DNA of 64,000 nucleotides from Plasmodiophora brassicae (Eukaryota): NCBI GenBank assembly GCA_036867785.1, contig CP145415.1, positions 248,001 to 312,000 of the forward strand, read 5' to 3'. Shown piece by piece: positions 41,101 to 52,567 of this stretch (position 1 is its first letter; each line of letters starts with the position of its first letter). The notes under the pieces were generated by a model. It saw only the letters and a program-made list of their open reading frames with translations, ran no database searches and was not told where the DNA came from. The position numbers and the translations under genes were made by a program.

Positions 41101-42974
41101 CAACACTGTTCAAGTCATATCGTCAGAGGGCCGCTGTGGTGGAGACCGATGTGGGCTTACAGTTGGTTCCCAACCATGCCTTGCGACGCTCCTTGGCTGA
41201 AGGAGAACGGAAACGTCTTCATGCGTTTGTGCGTCCCCAGGATTTCGAATCCGCATGACAGTAGGTACTGGATCAGATTTGGCTGCAGGTACCCTCGATC
41301 AAGGCATACAAGGTTGGTTCCTCGAACGCTTTCAGGCAGCTGAACGGAGTGCATATTCATCAACAGAATTCGAACGACGTCGCCGTACCCTTCGCCTTTT
41401 CCAAGGAGCCGCATTCCCAGCAGAATGCCTGACGTCAAGGAGACAGCGTTCGTGGACACAATGCCGAACGCCTTCTTCTCGTTGTTAACCCGGGTAAACC
41501 CGAGCAATTCTTCGGACAACGCAGAAGTGAGCCGGTATTGGTCATCATCGATTGACAGAATCGACTGCGGCTGCACGAACGCCACCGCACAGGACGTTCT
41601 CGTAAACGCGATCTCCGTTCGTCGGACCAAGGCGTCAGTGGAGAACGGCCGATCCCACGTCGTCGCCGTTGAGCTATCAGAATCGCGCTTCGTCTTAAAC
41701 GCGGTCATGACCACCCTGAACTTATCCTGTGAAAAGTTCGCCGCTGCCGGATACAGGTGTGCACGTTCCGGGTCGAAAAAGATGGAAGGAGTCGTCTTGT
41801 AGATCGAGATGTACGCCAGGACCCTGACAAAGTCGGTGAAATCTTGCCCCGTGATGGTCTCAGAAGTCGGAACGCCTTCCCCCAGTGCGTCGAAAAGCTC
41901 GTTGATGACGCCGTTCAGGAAATAGTTCACGCAATCGCTGAGGTCTGGGTGTTCTTTCCCCATCACGCGACGAACCTTCGCCGACACCGCAGCGACTTCC
42001 TCTTTGGCCACCGCCATCAGTTCCTCGTCGACGCTGGTGTTTGAGAATGTGACGTTGGAAGTCTTCACCTTCTTGTGTTGCCACACGGATTCGTTCGGAT
42101 CGGAGTCCCCAACTCGCTGCTCATCGTCACTGGATGTAAGGAAATCATCCTCGAAGAATGTCGCTAGGTCGCCCATTTCACCCGTGCTCAAACTCACTCC
42201 TAGCTTGCTGACAGCAAACCGACGTCCAGCGCAGCTGCACAGCTCACACCGACTCGACAACCACAGAATGGAGAAGCCCAGTTTTCTGCAGGGGCTAAAT
42301 ATAACGTGCATGCTGGCGAGTGATCTGATTTACTGTGCACACAACGCTGTGGTTCCTTCACAATCCAGCTTTGAAAATTGCAGGATTTGGCCAGCGAACG
42401 TACAATAATTGTACGTTCGCCTCAATTGGGCTCAGGTCCGTGATTGCCCAAAAATGCGCGAACGTACAATTATTGTACGCTCCCGCGATCAGGGATACCG
42501 GGCGTTAGACCGGCCTGATGATGGGATTGCGCGAAATCAACGTACAGAGTAGAGTCGACCCGCCGAATTTCCCGTTGTGCAATCCAGAACATGGGGACAT
42601 GCTCCGATACCAATTGTCCAGATCATTGACAGCGTTCTCCGCCGCGTCCGCTTGATAGGCCGGACCCAGTTCGTCAAGGCCCTGGATGATGTTCCGCAGG
42701 AGGCCCCTCGAGACCTCGGCTGACATCTGTCCATATCCTCCTACTACACAGGAAGTTAGAGGTCGTGGAACGAGGAGTGCGTTTATGTCGTTTTCGCACC
42801 GCCATCAGCGACAGCGAACGACTGCAGATCATGTCGGACGAAGAAGGCGTCCTGGTCGCTGGTCGCGGGGTCAGCGGGCTGCTTGGGCATGGTGCGTCCC
42901 GCCATGCGCAGGAACAGCGGAGATCCATGCGGAATGACCGCCCCGAACAACGCTAACACGAACAGCAGCGGCAT
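38197..42974 (-). CDS. PPTC7: PTC7/PPTC7-like PP2C phosphatase, multi-exon, with a transposon in one intron
   Basis: Spliced motifs DQDAFF, AVADGVGG, GGSTLLC|ASL, AHVGDC, PCQL, GDLVIAATDGILDNVF, TPF and GGKPDDMTVVV. Hydrophobic N-terminus MPLLFVLALFGAVIP. Confidence 0.85.
38827..42494 (-). mobile_element. piggyBac-like DNA transposon, 3668 bp, apparently intact
   Basis: TIR CCCTGATCG...CGATCAGGG. 4-bp TSD ATAC at 38823-38826 and 42495-42498. CGTACAA-N3-TTGTACG palindromes at 38844-38866, 39052-39068, 39080-39100, 42394-42420 and 42463-42479. A single transposase gene inside. Confidence 0.93.
39146..42176 (-). CDS. piggyBac-like DDD transposase with inserted YqaJ-like exonuclease and SAP-like domains (about 991 aa, 2 exons)
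   Basis: Exons 42176-41161 and 41105-39146 joined in frame by a 55-nt GTAAGC..CAG intron. Transposase motifs SIDDD, LDRGY, GTHKR and WNHCKGGQD, C-terminal CVVC..CQSC..LC..C..FH. Insert motifs QGGHDW..R...VTS, MKVGSANE, LATSIDG, IEFK and YRGQ. Confidence 0.88.
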
Positions 42975-43269
42975 GATGATACTTCTGAGGCGGCGCTCCG
43001 GCAAGTCTCGCCACGCACTTCTCACGACGCGGAGTTTCATCCAGTCCAGGTCCGCAGGTCGATTCGTGTCCTGAACAGCGACTTGCGGCGATAGCCGATA
43101 AGGGGGCCCATCGTATAGTCGGTGCATGGGCATCGGGCTCTGCAGAGTCGAGAACGCGCGCGATGGCGGCGGTCACGCCGTCGGCTCCTCGCTCTGCGGA
43201 CATCCGGTCGCTAGATGGCAGAACGACGGCCGCGTATCTCGCTTCCTCATGTGCGGGGTTGTGGCACAC

Positions 43270-43356
43270 TACCGTAAAGTTCGATGCGCTGTGCCTTCCG
43301 TTTGCTACGCAGTTTGTGATGGCATGGCAAGGCACAGCGCATCGAACTTTACGGTA
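43270..43356. mobile_element. Micro-MITE or perfect hairpin (Tc1/mariner-pogo-like ends)
   Basis: Perfect 28-bp inverted repeat TACCGTAAAGTTCGATGCGCTGTGCCTT / AAGGCACAGCGCATCGAACTTTACGGTA. It reads as a TA TSD plus a CCGTA-starting TIR. Confidence 0.7.
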
Positions 43357-43689
43357 TTTCAATTGCGGCCTGTGGGTGACAATGAGACGAACTGAACTGA
43401 AATCGTCACAAGGCACTTCTCGCTGTTCAGCTCTCAGCAGTTGGGGGATTGGTGTAGTTGGTCATCACGCGTCGTTAGCAACGACGAGGTCCCGGTTTCG
43501 ATTACCGGATCCTCCATTTTCATTGTGTTTTTGTCGAAACAGATTGGCGCTCGACGGTGCCCCTCAAGAGTGGATATGTACAGTACAGTGGGCGATCGGT
43601 TGGACGTCGACGTGCAGTAGTCGATCGGTATCTGGGGTTTGCTAGTGCTATTGCGGTGGGATACGTACGTATACGTCCGCCGAGGCACA

Positions 43690-45052
43690 ATGTGTGGCGG
43701 GTCGTCGGCAGTCGATGCGGACCAGGAGGAGGTCCGACAGGATGCCGCGATCACCACCGACCTACGTGCGGTCCACATGCGCGAATCCAAGATCCATAAA
43801 CTGTTACTGCTTGGATCCGGTCGGTGCGCCACATGGGCGCCGTTCGTCCATCGTCGACGCTGACCATCATGCTCAGGAGAATCGGGGAAGAGCACGTTGT
43901 TCAAGCAGATGCGCATCCTGCACGGCGCCGGGTACTCCAAAGTGGACCTGGAGTTCTTCAAACCCGTCCTGCAGTCCATGATCGTCTCGGACATCCAGCA
44001 GCTGATCCGCGCCGTCTCCCTGAAGGTCGTCGCCGACGCCATACAGCCACCGCTGATCTTCACCGACGAGGAGGCCGCCGAAATGGCCAGCATCTCCGCC
44101 TGGAGGTCGTTCGAAACTGCGGGCGTGTCCGCGTAACGGGGCACACCTCTGAATCGACGAACCCCCGTACTCGTTCAGGTTCGCGAATTTCGACCTGACG
44201 CCGGATCGCGGGGCGGTCATCGCGCGCATGTGGAAACTGCCGCAGATCCGCGCTGTCTTCGAGCACCGCCGGCACTTCCACCTGTCGGACAACGCGCAGT
44301 TCTTCTTCGACAAGGTGGAGGACATCGCCACGCCGTCCTGGGCGCCCAGCGTCGAGGACATCGTGCTGTCGCGCGTCCGAAGCGTCGGCATCGTCGAGGA
44401 GGAGTTCGAAATGGGCGACGGCGCCACATTCCGACGTCCTCGCCGCATGTCGCGTTGTTGCACGCACGACGATCGTTACTCATTGGCGCGTGTTGTGGCA
44501 CAGTGGTCGACGTCGGCGGGCAGCGCAGCGAGCGGAGAAAGTGGATCCATTCGTTCAGCGAGGTCAGCGCGGTCCTGTTCGTTGCTGCAATGTAAGGGGC
44601 GATCGGGGGCGTGCGCGCGCGCGCGTCGTCCACGACTTAACCTTAGCGATAGATCGGAGTATGACCAGAAGTGCTGGGAGGACAACGTGACGCCGCGCAT
44701 CACGGAATCGCTGACGCTCTTCTCGTCGATATGCGGGGCGACGGCGCTGGCCAGGGCGTCCGTCATCGTGTTCCTGAACAAATCGGACCTGTTCCGGGAC
44801 AAGCTGAGGAAGTACCCGCTGCAGGCCCACCTGCCCAGCTACGTGGGCGACGGCAGCTACGAGTCGGCGTCGCTGTTCATGAAGAACCTGTACCTGGAGG
44901 CGGGCCAGAAGGCGTTCGACGAGATCGGCACCAGAAGGACAATGTACTTCCACTTCACGACCGCCACCGACAAGAACAACGTCAAGACCGTGTTCAACGA
45001 CGTCAAGTCCATCGTCCTGAAGGCGGCCCTACAGAAGGTGCAACTCATGTAA
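43690..45052 (+). CDS. Heterotrimeric G-protein alpha subunit, multi-exon
   Basis: [55 protein letters not shown] and HFTTATD. Confidence 0.97.
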
Positions 45053-45180
45053 TATACGGCGGGGGGCCGGCCATGCACGACCGCCGCCCACACGAAGGTG
45101 TCGGCTGCAGAAGCGGCGCCCCGCGACGAGACGGAACCGCGACGGCGTCTGCGCCGCGCACGAAGACGGGTTCATCGCGT

Positions 45181-45994
45181 CTACGTGAACTTGGGCGGCC
45201 CTTCCCGCAGCATGCGCCGGATGGAGACGGACCAGGATTCGCTGGGCGATGCGCCCGCCCCGCTGGACGCGTACGTGAACTCGACCGGGTACATGGGCAC
45301 GTCCGGCGGGATGGGCGGCAGGTGGTCGCGCGCGTCGTTCACGGTCCGCACGATGAACATCAGGCGGGCGCGCAGCTGGTCCTCGATGTCGACGGGTTCG
45401 GCGCCGCCCATCGCCTGAGAACCGACTCAGCACTCGCGGGGACGCATCCGGGCGCGGATTCGCCAACAACGCGTACACGTTCCCGCACGGCGACGGGGAT
45501 GCACCACTGCTCCCAGATGATCTTCTCGTCGCGCGTCGCAAAGAACAACGTCTTCACAGGGCGCTTTTCGTAGAACGACAACGTGACCTGCACAGGACCG
45601 AGGTAGGACCACGAAGGAACGATCGGTGTGCACCGACGTACGGTCCCCTGCCCGTCGCGTTCCAGGGCGGCGTACGTCGCCTCGATCTTGCGCTCGACGG
45701 ACTCCACGATGCGCTCGTCGTCGATCGCCGTGAAACGCATCTGGATGCCCTCGCACTCGACGTCGCGGATGCGGATCGGGCCTAGCGCCCGATTGAACAG
45801 GATCGTGTGCACCAGCGCTGCCGGCATGGGTCAGACGAACGGCACGTGTGTGTGTGTGTCCCCGCTACCTCGCAGGACAGTCCGCACGCGGAACTTCTCC
45901 ATCTCCTACAGGGGCGCGCGAGCGGTCAGCCCGGCGCGCGACCACGCAGCGGACGACCCACAATGGCCTCCATGCTGAACTTCTGCAGGTTCAT
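45181..45994 (-). CDS. ATG101: Autophagy-related protein 101, multi-exon
   Basis: LVHTILFNRALG, VTLSFYEKR, WEQW and DHLPPIP motifs; start MNLQKFS at 45994. Confidence 0.92.
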
Positions 45995-46204
45995 CGCGCC
46001 GACGTCACGGCATCGGCCGCTATCGACGGTCACCACCCGGCCAGCTGCACCGCGGACTTGCCACGGACTGCGCCGCGCCCCCAACCCGCTCCCCCCTTCG
46101 TTCGTGCGTCAGTCACGACGCCACTGCTCACACTGCTGTGCACCCAGAGCGACCAATTCAACCGGATGCTTAATTTAATACAGGGACGGGGCCCCGGCGG
46201 CCTG

Positions 46205-47640
46205 CTACGCCGACTGCAGCGGTGCGGGTGCAGGCACAGGCGGAACAGGGCCGCTGCTGCTGCTGGACGCCGCCACGCCTGTCGACGCGGACGGTGACCG
46301 CGGCAGGATCCGCTCCAGGTACCCTTCGTCCTTGGCCTGCTGCAGCTCTGTCGCACAGCAGACGGGGATCAGCACGGGGCGCACGCTTCAAGCAACAACA
46401 GCGAACGCCGTCCGGCGCATACCATCGGGTAGGAAGTCGAAGAGCGGCGGCAACGGCTTCCCGTCGGGCATGGTGATGCCCGGCTGGCGCAGTTCGTCGA
46501 AGAACGGGTGCGCCAGCGCCCTCATCGGCGTCAGGCGCTGGTCGGGCCGGTAGATCAGCATCTTGGAGATGAAGTCGATGCCGTCGTCCGGCAGCGACCC
46601 GCGGAACACCTTGGCCCACGAGTACGCCTTGACCTGCGGGAACCGGAACTCGGTGTACTGCTTGTTCATCGCCAGGATCTCGTCCCTCGACGGCGTCCCC
46701 AGGATCTACAGGGCGAGCGTCAGACGACGGGAGGAGCGACCCTGCGCGCCACAGGGGCGGGCGGACCTTGATGATCTCGACGAGCTGGTCGACGCCACCC
46801 TCGCCTGGGAACAATGGCTTGCCGATGAACATCTCCGCGAAGACGCATCCCATGGACCATATGTCGATGGTGGTGGTGTAGTCGGTCGCCCCGAAGATCA
46901 GCTCGGGCGCCCGGTAGTACCGCGAGCAGATGTAGGCGACGTTCGGCTGGCCGACGACGAGGCGTTTCGCGCTGCCAAAGTCGCACAGCTTGACGACGTG
47001 CGCGTCCGGGTCCAGCAGCAGGTTCTGCGGCTTGATGTCCCGGTGGCATACGCCGATGCGGTGGCAGTAGGCCAGGGCGCGGCACATCTGGTAGATGTAG
47101 ACCTTGGACGTGAACAGCGGCAGCACAGACTTCTCCTTGCTGTGGTTGCGGATCGCCCGGTAGATCGTGTCGGGGACGAACTCCATGACGACGTTCAGGT
47201 ACACCTCGTCCTTCACCTGGTGCTTCTGGTGGAAGAACGCCTTCATCTCCACCACGTTCGGATGGTGCAACTCCTGCATGATCTGCAACTCGCGGTTCTG
47301 CGAGCACAACGACGTGTTGATCAGGCGACCTGATCAAAGGGGGGGCGGGCGCGTGCGCGCCGGGGCCCGACCTTGTACCTGACGTCCTGCAGGACGGTTT
47401 TAATGGCGTACATCGTGCCCGTGCCTTTGTGTCTGGCCCGGTAGACGACACCGAACGACCCGTTGCCGATGACGCCCACGTTCTCGTACTGGCCGCCAAC
47501 GGAGTCGTCGGCGGGCGCCCCGACGACGTCTGTGTGTGCGTGACGCGCCCCGTATCAGACGACGAGCACGGCAATCGCAGGGGGCGACGCGCGGCCGACT
47601 GACCAGGTTGGGGCGGTTGCGCCGGCGCTCCCGTCGCCAT
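46205..47640 (-). CDS. GSK3: Glycogen synthase kinase 3 / shaggy-like kinase, multi-exon
   Basis: [50 protein letters not shown] and VDQLVEIIK. Confidence 0.97.
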
Positions 47641-48092
47641 GACGACGCCCTCTCACCACCACCACCACCACCACGGCGCCTACTACCGACGGCGCCGGGT
47701 CGTACTATTTTCCGCGGCCCACAGCCACAACGTCGCGGTGAGACGGCGTAACGCCCTCCCCGAACACGTCCCCGCCCCGCGCGCCCCCTGCGCCTAATTT
47801 TGGGTTCCCGCCGGCGTCCCACACTCAGGCGCGTCGTCGTTCCGCGACCGCTGCGTGTGCTTTTTTGCGGGGCGCACAGCTGCTGCTGTGCTGCGTTTAC
47901 AGTGGCGCACGTGGGGGCCGACAGGCACTGGCCCGGCGACGATCACTGCCACCCGGGCCACCGTACGCGAGATATTTGTAGGCGGTCGTATGCGGGATAT
48001 CCCCGAGGCGCATGGGGTAGAGGTATCGACCACGCACGCGACAACGACGACCGTTTGCTGTCGGCGGGCAGGCGCGGCGCGCGCCTGACACG

Positions 48093-48494
48093 ATGAAGAT
48101 CAAGGTCAAGGTCAAGGTGCTGAACGACGGGTCGTCGTTCAAGCTGCGCATCCACGACACGTCGACGGTGTTCCAGCTGAAGTCGGCGCTGAGCCGGGAG
48201 GTGCCCGTGTCGCCGCAGTTCATGAGGTTGGTCCACGACGACGACGAGCTGCAGCGCAACGAGGTGACGCTGAAGGAGGCCGGCGTTGCCGATGGCGACA
48301 AGCTGCGCCTGTTCGTCGTGCCCGGCGCCGACATCGACTTCACGGAGCGGCGGCGCGCGAACGAATCCAACACGGGCAACTACACGGCGTCGTTCCAGAC
48401 GGGGTCGCAGCCCATCCGGGAAGAAGAACCGGGGCAGCAGGAACCCCCCGCGACGCCGCAGCCGAAACGGACGCACTGGCTGTGCTGCCGATGA
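48093..48494 (+). CDS. Ubiquitin-like-domain protein ending in CCR
   Basis: MKIKVKV...TVFQLKSAL...VSPQFMRLV...TLKEAGVADGDKLRL Ubl pattern; no diGly. Confidence 0.85.
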   Translation: MKIKVKVKVLNDGSSFKLRIHDTSTVFQLKSALSREVPVSPQFMRLVHDDDELQRNEVTLKEAGVADGDKLRLFVVPGADIDFTERRRANESNTGNYTASFQTGSQPIREEEPGQQEPPATPQPKRTHWLCCR

Positions 48495-48586
48495 CGACCT
48501 GGCCGTCGAGACCGAGATGGCCAGTGTGCCGACCAGAGTAGACTGCGTTTAAATATAGAACGGGATGACTGGGGGCACCTGGGGGA

Positions 48587-51500
48587 TCAGGGCTTGCTGG
48601 CGCCGGCGCGGTTGCTGATGTGGCCGTACAGTTCGTCGCAGCTCGCCTTGGCGTCCGCCAGCAGCATCTGCGTCTTCTCGTCGTAGAACACGGGGTTATC
48701 TGGGAGCGCGACGCGCACACACACGCTCAGACCTGGGGCCCGGGCCCACCAACCCAGACGCGAGCCGACCGACCAATGTCCAGGTACCCGGCGCCCATCG
48801 ATCGCTTCAGGCTGCACAGCACATGGGTCGTCAATCGATGATCATCGCGCGCGCGATTGCACTCACATGATGACGTTCTTGGAGTCCCAGACGCGCAGGA
48901 CGGGCATGCCTGACCAATCGCAATCGTACCGTTCAATGGGCAGCGGGCGCTGTGCAGACGGCGCCCGCCAGCTACGTACCCTTGATGGGGGAATTCGGGT
49001 CGTCCTCCGCGCTGCGGTTGATGGTGTCGTTGGCGCCGATCACCAGCGTCACGCAGGTCTCCTTGAATTCGTCGTTGATCGCCTCCAGCTCGTGGACGAT
49101 GTCGTGCGGGACGCCGGCCTCGGCCAGGATGACGTTGAGCTGGCCGGGCATGCGCCCGGCCACCGGATGGATGGCGAACTTCACGTCGACGTCGCGGTCA
49201 CGTAGCGCCTTGATCATCTGCGCCAGCGAGTACTGTGCCCCGGCGACACACAGGCCGTACCCGGGGACGACGACGACCTTCCTGGCGTTCAGCAGGGCGT
49301 CCGCGACCGCGCTGTCGACCGAGACGTCAGCGCGCGCGAGCAACGCCCCCGGACGCAACAACGTACCTCGCCGACGTTTCCTGGTACGGCCTGACGTCGG
49401 CGGACGCCCCCTGGGCGGGGCGCTCGGCGCCGATCCCGCCGAACAGGACCGTGGCCAGGTTGCGGTTCATGGACCGGCACATGACGTAGGAGAGGATGGC
49501 GCCGGACGACCCGATCAGGCTGCCGACGATCGTCAGCAGGTCGTTCTGGAGCATGAACCCCTCGGCGCAGAGCGCCCAGCCGCTGTACGAGTTCAGCACG
49601 GTGATGGCGACGGGCATGTCCGCCCCGCCGATCGACGACGTGACGTGGGCGCCCAGCGACGTCGACAGCAGGGCGGAGGCGGCCAGGGCGGCGGCCCCGG
49701 CCGGCGACGCCGGGTCGGCCATGAACGGGACCAGCGCCGCCAGCGACGCCGCCGACAGGCCGACGTTGATCAGGTCGCGCCCCGGCAACGTCATCGGCTT
49801 GGACGAGATCAGCCCCTGCAGCTTGGCGAACGCGACGATCGACCCGGTCAGCGTCATCCCGCCGATGAACATGCCCGAGAACTGGACGTGTGTGTGTGTG
49901 TGTCAGAGAGCGGGCGCGCGCGCGTCGGCAACGCGCCAGGTGGCTTACCAGGGCAGCGGCGTGGACGGCATCGATCGTCGTCATCGCCGAGTAGGCCGAG
50001 GCGGACGTCAGCATGGCGGCGGCGCCCACCAGCGAGTGGAACGCGGCGACCGTCTGCGGGAGCTGGACGGGCGAGACGCGCCCGGAGATGTAGGCGCCGA
50101 GCGAGCCGCCGGCCGCCACCACCGACCCGATCTGGACGAGCAGCGGCAGGTCGGCGTGCAGGGCGCCGACCGTCGTGGCCAGGCCGGCGCCCACGCCCAG
50201 CATGCCGAGCGTGTTGCCGACCCGGGCCGTCGACTGCGACGACAGGCACGACAGGGACGCGATGCAGAGCAGCGACGACGTCAGGAAGCCCATGGCGTGC
50301 ACGCCGGCGATGTGCACGCCGGACAGGTACGCGCCGCCGAACGCAGCGGCCGGCAGCGCGTACAGGTAGGCGTAGTCGGGCGGGTCGCCAGGGCGCCTGC
50401 GACAGACATGAGATGGTGAGGGGAAGCCACAAAGCGATTCAGTGCCCGCCTCGGCAACGTACCTGAACATGGCCAGCATGCGGTGCGAGACGAGGAAGCC
50501 GCCGGCGATGTTCACCGAGCTGAGCAGGACGGCCAGGGCGGCGCACGCCTGCGACAGCGTGTCGGGGGCGTACCCGCCGCCCATGCAGAGCAGGCCGCCG
50601 ATCGCGGTCGTCCCCGAGATCGCGTTCGTCACCGACATCAGCGGGGAGTGCAGCGACGGCGCCACGTTCCAGACGGTCTGGTTGCCGACGATGGCGCTCA
50701 GCGCCAACGTCGTCGCCATGCCCGTGAAGGCCGCCCCGGCGCCCACGCCGCCGAGGCCCAGCAGGCCGAGGACGCCGGACGACAGCAGCAGGGACCGGCG
50801 CAGGTTCGTCCGGAACGCTTCCGACTCGGGCGACGACGACACCGGGGCGACCTTGTCCGACGACGGTTTCGGTTTCGGCGGCGACGGCGACGGAAGCGCC
50901 GGCGCCGGCCACATGAGGTCGCCGTTCAGCGTGACGAGCGCGCAGCGTGCCACAACTGAGCGGGGCAGGGTTAGGGATGGGGCGCGCGACCCGACCGGCG
51001 CCAAACCCCCGGAGACCATCGTCGACGTCGATGAGGAACTCGTCGCCGTGCGACGACCGCAGCGCGCCCAGCAGGAAGGTCAGCTGGTTGCGGGCGAACA
51101 TCGACGACGCCTGCGTCGCCATGCGGCTGACCAGGTCGGTGTACCCGATGCAGGTGACGTCGTTGGCAACCTGTGCGCGCGCGCGCGTCGAAGGTCACAA
51201 GTCAGTGTCGTCGTCGACGAATTAACGCGGCCTGACCTTGACGGCGCGCCCAGGGACGGTTGTCGCGACGTTGCCGCCGGCCTCGGCGGCGAGGTCGACG
51301 ATGACGCTGCCGGGGCGCATCAGCGCGACCATGTCGTCGGTGATGAGGCGGGGCGCGGGCCTGCCCGGGATCAGCGCCGTCGTGATGACGATGTCGACCT
51401 CGCGGAGCTGGTCGGCGAACAGCGTCCGCTCGGCCTCCAGGAACTCCTCGCTCATCTCCTTCGCGTACCCGCCGGCCCCTTCGGCGCCCTCGAACCCGGG

Positions 51501-52567
51501 GACGCGCAGGAACTCGGCGCCGATGCTCTGCGCCTGCTCGGCAACCGCCTCGCGAACTGGATGGGGAACGTTAGGCCGGCAGCGGTGCATGGGGCGCGCA
51601 GGTGCCGCGTTCGTACCGTCAAAGACGCGAACGATGGCGCCCAGGTTCTTGGCCTGAGCGGCGGCGGCCAGGCCAGCGACGCCGCCCCCGAGGACCAGGA
51701 CCTTGGCCGGCGGCGTCGTTCCAGCGGCCGTGATCTGCTTGCTCCAGAACCGGCCGTACCTGTACGTCGCGGGACGTCAGAGCACACTCGGGAGAGGGGT
51801 GGGGGGCGCACGACGCACGCGTTGGCCGCCTCGATGACGGCCCGGACGCCCGCAATGTTGGACATGGAGCTGAGCGCGTCCATGGCCTGCGCGCGGGTGA
51901 TACGCGGGATGCAATCCATGGCGAGGGCGTTGACGCCGCTCGACCTGGCTTTGTCGACCGTGTCGGTGTGGACGGCCGGCTGCAGGAAGGAGATGAGCGT
52001 GGCGCCCCGGCGCATCATATCCAGCTCGTGCAGGACGACGCCGGCCGCGTGGAACCCGTCCTGGTCGGGCGGGAACAGCGACATCGGCGGGCGAACCTTC
52101 AGGACAATGTCCGCGTTGAACGCGTCGGCGGCCGTCGGCACGATCGTGGCGCCGGCGGCCGCATAGTCGGCGTCCGAGAAGTTGCTGGCGGCGCCCGCGC
52201 CCGACTGGACGACCACGCGGAACCTGCGACGAGCTCGGCTCAGCGGTCGCTATCTCCTCTTCCACGACGCGTCACGGTCGTACCCTTTCCGGACGAGCGC
52301 GGCGCAGGTGTCCGGCGTCTGGGCGACGCGCGCCTCCCCATCAGCAACCTCCTTCGGTACCCCGATGGTCAGGTTCGCGTACGGGATCCCGTGCGGTCGG
52401 CCCGCGGCAGGCAGCCCGGCACGCGCCTCAGCGGCCGCCGGCGCTTTCGACGACTGGAACCGGACCGGGACGCAGTGCCGGCCGCGTGCCAGTACCGGCA
52501 GCAGCGACGGTGCCACGAGCGACCGCACGCGCCGGTGACGTCGCAGCAGGCACCGCGCGGCCAACAT
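48587..52567 (-). CDS. NNT: Mitochondrial NAD(P) transhydrogenase (single chain dI-dII-dIII), multi-exon
   Basis: [72 protein letters not shown] and IGANDTIN. Arg-rich presequence. Confidence 0.98.

Noticed and set aside
33980-45994. ATG2 and ATG101 proximity as an autophagy gene cluster
   Set aside because: Only two genes, separated by unrelated genes. Chance is sufficient without synteny data.
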